DNA from: an uncultured delta proteobacterium
Lineage (GTDB): Bacteria; Desulfobacterota; Binatia; UBA9968
Assembly: GCA_963771465.1 (NCBI GenBank)
Contig: CAVYTU010000012.1
Location: 128,001 to 192,000, forward strand
DNA length: 64,000 bases
Reading direction: 5' to 3'
The notes beneath the pieces are model-generated. The model was not told where the DNA came from. It searched no databases and saw nothing but the letters and a program-made list of their open reading frames with translations. Positions 60,475 to 64,000 of this stretch are shown here, piece after piece; position 1 is the stretch's first letter; each line of letters starts with the position of its first letter. Made by a program: the position numbers and the translations under genes.

Positions 60475-61448
60475 CGGCCTAGGGATTTGAAAAATCCGCC
60501 GCTCTCCAGCTCGTTGTACAAACTAGCGTCGATGAACTCCTCGGCCTTTCGTCCCTTCGCTTTTGGATCGGTTTCTGCCGCTTGAGCCAAGATCATCTCG
60601 ATGGCTTTGTGGGGCAGCCGCGGCGGCCTTTCTATAAAGTTCGTTGCGTATTCGAAGGACGACTCCAGCGTCTCCCGGTCTTCAGTGCGCGTCCATTTGC
60701 CGATGATCTTGATGGCCAGCTCTTTATCGCGGAACAATCGATCCACCGCCTCGCTGTACGCCATGAGGAAACGCTTTACGGTGTCTCGATCCTTGTTGAT
60801 CATGGAACGGGTCGAAACGAGGCTTGTGGTCGGGTAATCGATGCCTTCTTTAGCGAAATTGGCGAGCAAGGCGAAGCCGGCTTTCTTGGCCTTAAAGTCA
60901 CCGGGCGAAGACAGAATTCCTCCCTGGACAACCCCGGCCTGCATCCCGGCAAGAATTTCCGGCTGTCCGCCCATTTGAATAATTTTTACATCGCGATCGG
61001 GTTCCAAGCGCCATTTTTTTAACAACAAGCGCAAAGAGCCATCCGTCGAGGCGCCGAAGCGGGTAATTCCCAAAGCTTTGCCTTTGAGGTCTTCTTGCTT
61101 TTTGATCGACGGTTGGACGAAGAGATAAAAGGACGGGACGTTGACTACGCCGCCGATGGTGACGATGTCGCCGCCGGCAAGATTGGCATAGACGATATTA
61201 CCGCCGGCTAGAGCCACGGCAAATTCTCCCGCGATCATCGCCTGGGCGACGCGACTGCCGCCGGCGACGTAAACCGGGTCGACGTAAAGCCCGTGTTTGT
61301 CAAAAATCTTGGTGTCCTTGGCGAGGTAAAAAGCGGACTGCGTCGCGCTGATCGCGCTGTAAGCGACGGCGATGCGCTTGGTTTGCGCGCGCGCCGGCGC
61401 CAATCCGAGCAGGATGAATAGGACTGCTAGCAGGACATGTTTCTTCAT
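60471..61448 (-). CDS. ABC substrate-binding protein, NMT1/SsuA-like
   Basis: Signal peptide, IFDKHGL, LKGKALGITRFGASTD; its TAG stop overlaps the element's CTAG. Confidence 0.85.
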   Translation of the reverse strand: MKKHVLLAVLFILLGLAPARAQTKRIAVAYSAISATQSAFYLAKDTKIFDKHGLYVDPVYVAGGSRVAQAMIAGEFAVALAGGNIVYANLAGGDIVTIGGVVNVPSFYLFVQPSIKKQEDLKGKALGITRFGASTDGSLRLLLKKWRLEPDRDVKIIQMGGQPEILAGMQAGVVQGGILSSPGDFKAKKAGFALLANFAKEGIDYPTTSLVSTRSMINKDRDTVKRFLMAYSEAVDRLFRDKELAIKIIGKWTRTEDRETLESSFEYATNFIERPPRLPHKAIEMILAQAAETDPKAKGRKAEEFIDASLYNELESGGFFKSLGR

Positions 61449-61593
61449 GTTCGGCTCCGATCGTATTCAGATAAGCTGGGTGTTTTTAGCATACTCAGGT
61501 CGGGCTCGCTACTGCGGTTATTGTGATTGACAACCTTTCACCCGGCGCATTATATGAACGCAGCTTTTTCAGGTTTCTTCACGGGAGATAGTC

Positions 61594-62793
61594 ATGGGAG
61601 CTGAAATTGACGCGATCCAAGCCAAGAGCGAATGCTCGAACATGCGCGTCATCGGCCATCACGACCTGAACGGCCACGGCGACGGCATGCAGTTACTCAA
61701 GCATGGCCGCTATGTTTACTTAGCTCATCTGGGCACGTCACCCATGGCGTTGAGCATTCTCGACGTCGCCGATCCCACGGAGCCACGGCTGATAACCCAA
61801 ATGCCCCATGCGCCGAATACCCACGCGCACAAAGTGCAGATCGTCGGCGACATCTTGATTCAAAACCAAGAGCGGCCCTATTTCGATAATTCGGTTCCCG
61901 CTAGCGTGCCCAACGAAGCGGGCATCAAAATCTATAGCATCGAGAAACCGACCGAGCCGCGCGAGATCGGTTATCTAAAATTGCCCGGCAAGGGCGTCCA
62001 TCGCATGTGGTTCACCGACGGCAAGTACGCCCATGTCGGCGCGATGCTGCCGGGGATTGAAGAGCGCGCTTACCTGATCGCGGATATATCCAATCCGACA
62101 AATCCAAAGGAAGCCGGGCGCTGGTGGATTCCCGGCACCAAAGAAGGCGAAGAGGTGCCGCCGGATTGGACGCCGTTCGACGGCGAGCACTTTCACGTGC
62201 ACGGCGCGATCCCGCACGGCGATCGCTCCTACGTCGCCCTGGTCGACGCCGGCATGGTGATTCTCGACATCTCAGACATTGCCAAGCCGAAAACTATCAG
62301 CCACATCGACTGGAGCCCGCCGTTCGGCGGCTACGCGCACACGACGTTGCCACTGCCCGGTCGAAAACTTGTCGTTGCCGTCGATGAGTCGGTGAAATAT
62401 GACTGCAAGGAAGGCGAGAAGCGGGTGTGGATCATCGACATCCGCGAAGAAAGAAATCCAGTGATCGTCAGCACCTGTCCCGTGCCGCAGGGCGATTTTT
62501 GCAGCCGCGGGTTGCGCTTTGGCCCGCACAACGTGCATGAGAACCGGCCCGGCTCGTTTCAGAGCGAGAATATTATTTTCGTCACTTACTACAACGCCGG
62601 CCTGCGTGCGTTCGATATCCGCAATCAATATCGCCCGGAAGAGGTTGGCTACTTCATTCCGCCAGCGCCCGAAGGACAAAAGGCGCCCATGTTCAACGAT
62701 CTTTACGTCGACGCCGACGGCTTGATTTACGTCACGGATCGAATCAAAGGCGGATTGTATGTGCTCGAGTACACGGGGCCGAAGATTCAATAG
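61594..62793 (+). CDS. LVIVD repeat (beta-propeller) protein
   Basis: Repeated SILDVADP / IADISNP / ILDISD; HAHK, HRMW, FGPHN, DRIKGGLY. Confidence 0.8.
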   Translation: MGAEIDAIQAKSECSNMRVIGHHDLNGHGDGMQLLKHGRYVYLAHLGTSPMALSILDVADPTEPRLITQMPHAPNTHAHKVQIVGDILIQNQERPYFDNSVPASVPNEAGIKIYSIEKPTEPREIGYLKLPGKGVHRMWFTDGKYAHVGAMLPGIEERAYLIADISNPTNPKEAGRWWIPGTKEGEEVPPDWTPFDGEHFHVHGAIPHGDRSYVALVDAGMVILDISDIAKPKTISHIDWSPPFGGYAHTTLPLPGRKLVVAVDESVKYDCKEGEKRVWIIDIREERNPVIVSTCPVPQGDFCSRGLRFGPHNVHENRPGSFQSENIIFVTYYNAGLRAFDIRNQYRPEEVGYFIPPAPEGQKAPMFNDLYVDADGLIYVTDRIKGGLYVLEYTGPKIQ

Positions 62794-62845
62794 CGGAAGA
62801 GATTCGCCGCAAAGAACGCAAATAAGGCAATATAAGAAAATTCCA

Positions 62846-63727
62846 ATGGCTGAGCAGTTACTCATAAACGTCTTCAACGTCGACGCCGCGCTGGCGGTGG
62901 GGCGCGCAAAAGGATTCTTTGCCGCGGACGGGCTCGATGTCGACGTGATCGTGACACCGAACTCCACTGAGCAGATGCGTGGGCTTGGGAAAAATTCGTG
63001 GCAGATCGTTTCGACCGCGTTCGATAATGTGCTCGGCTGGTCGGGACGCGAGGGGGCAGAGATTGTCGCGGTCGCGGGGATCTCCGAAGGTGGGACGCTG
63101 CCTGTGTACGTTCGGCCGGAGATCAAGACTTGGGACGATCTGCGCGGCAAAGCGTTGGCCGTCGACGCGGTCGATACCGCTTTTGCCTTAGTTTTGCGCC
63201 GTGTTTTGTTGGCGCACGGCCTGGAGATGGCGCGCGGCGATTATTCGCTGATCGCCAAAGGCACCACCGGGTTTCGTCTCGATTCGATGATTCACGGTGA
63301 AACCTTTGCTGGCGTGCTCAATGCGCCTTGGGATGCCAAAGCCGCCGCGGCGGGCATGGTGCGATTCGCCGACCATCGTGAAGTGCTGCCGGATTATCCC
63401 GGCGGCGTGTTTGCCGTCGGTCGCGAGTGGGCCGCTGCGAATCGCCATTTGCTGGTTAAATTTCTCAGTGCTTGGAACCGCGCGCTGCGCTTGGCGCGGG
63501 ACGCGCACCATCGCGCTGAAGTGTTGGCCATTGTCGCGGCGGAAGAAAAACTCGATGAAAAAGGCGCCGCGCGCAAGTTGGCGCAGTCGCCGCAGAGCGG
63601 CCAGCTGAATTTGCCGGGCCTGCAGTGCGTGCTCGACTTGCGCGTGTTGTTCAATCTCACGCCGCCCATGGGTAATGATCTGGCCGCTTATTACGACGAG
63701 AGCTTTTATCGGGAAGCAGCGAAATGA
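62846..63727 (+). CDS. NMT1/SsuA-like binding protein with no evident signal peptide
   Basis: GFFAADGL, TPNSTEQM, TAFDNV, DLRGKALAVDA. Confidence 0.75.
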   Translation: MAEQLLINVFNVDAALAVGRAKGFFAADGLDVDVIVTPNSTEQMRGLGKNSWQIVSTAFDNVLGWSGREGAEIVAVAGISEGGTLPVYVRPEIKTWDDLRGKALAVDAVDTAFALVLRRVLLAHGLEMARGDYSLIAKGTTGFRLDSMIHGETFAGVLNAPWDAKAAAAGMVRFADHREVLPDYPGGVFAVGREWAAANRHLLVKFLSAWNRALRLARDAHHRAEVLAIVAAEEKLDEKGAARKLAQSPQSGQLNLPGLQCVLDLRVLFNLTPPMGNDLAAYYDESFYREAAK

Positions 63728-63895
63728 AAGTGTTTAGCAAAATGAGCAAATGCGCTAACGAATTTAAGTCGCCCACGCGACAATCATAAATTATCCAAAT
63801 GCCATTGACTTAGAATTTTACTTTGACAAAGTGACGCCGTCAGTTTGGCGGCGGCGACTCGGATTCGGGGAAAATTTTCAAGGGAGGTTCAGGAG

Positions 63896-64000
63896 ATGAA
63901 GAAATTTCTAAATTTGAGAGTTGGGCTAATCGTCTTTATGGCGCTTCTTCCGTGGGGATATCTCACCCAGGCCGGCCCACTGGAAGACTTGGTTGCAGGC
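63896..64000 (+). CDS. 5' part of a secreted protein, probably a solute-binding protein (partial)
   Basis: AGGAG RBS; MKKFLNLRVGLIVFMALLPWGYLTQAGPLEDLVAG. Confidence 0.6.
   Translation, partial: MKKFLNLRVGLIVFMALLPWGYLTQAGPLEDLVAG

Overview
A gene-dense chromosomal window of moderately high GC. Its content (many stand-alone solute-binding proteins, UbiD, Rieske and LigAB aromatic catabolism genes, LVIVD, amidohydrolase and F420-type genes) resembles uncultured soil/sediment Deltaproteobacteria-like lineages such as Ca. Binatia; this is inference only. Recognisable housekeeping and metabolic genes are hisG, hisI, gltA, sthA, tupABC, a polar amino-acid ABC operon, lemA-htpX, corA, sixA and an MltD-like transglycosylase. 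I found no rRNA, tRNA, CRISPR array or intact transposase. The main signals the ORF track misses are: (1) three ~240-250 bp copies of an unnamed non-coding element (5941-6189, 46552-46803, 60236-60474) with CTAG-bounded terminal inverted repeats and a long internal stem showing compensatory changes, two of them overlapping a neighbour's TAG stop; (2) a selenoprotein GrdA (39439-39894, in-frame TGA in C-x-x-U followed by a SECIS-like hairpin) behind grdC with no other grd genes in the window; (3) a tryptophanase-fold PLP enzyme with a remodelled active site, coupled to an acyl-CoA ligase and two SDRs; (4) several inverted heptamer-array hairpins at gene junctions; (5) a frameshift-rich block at ~33.7-37.9 kb that probably reflects sequencing error.
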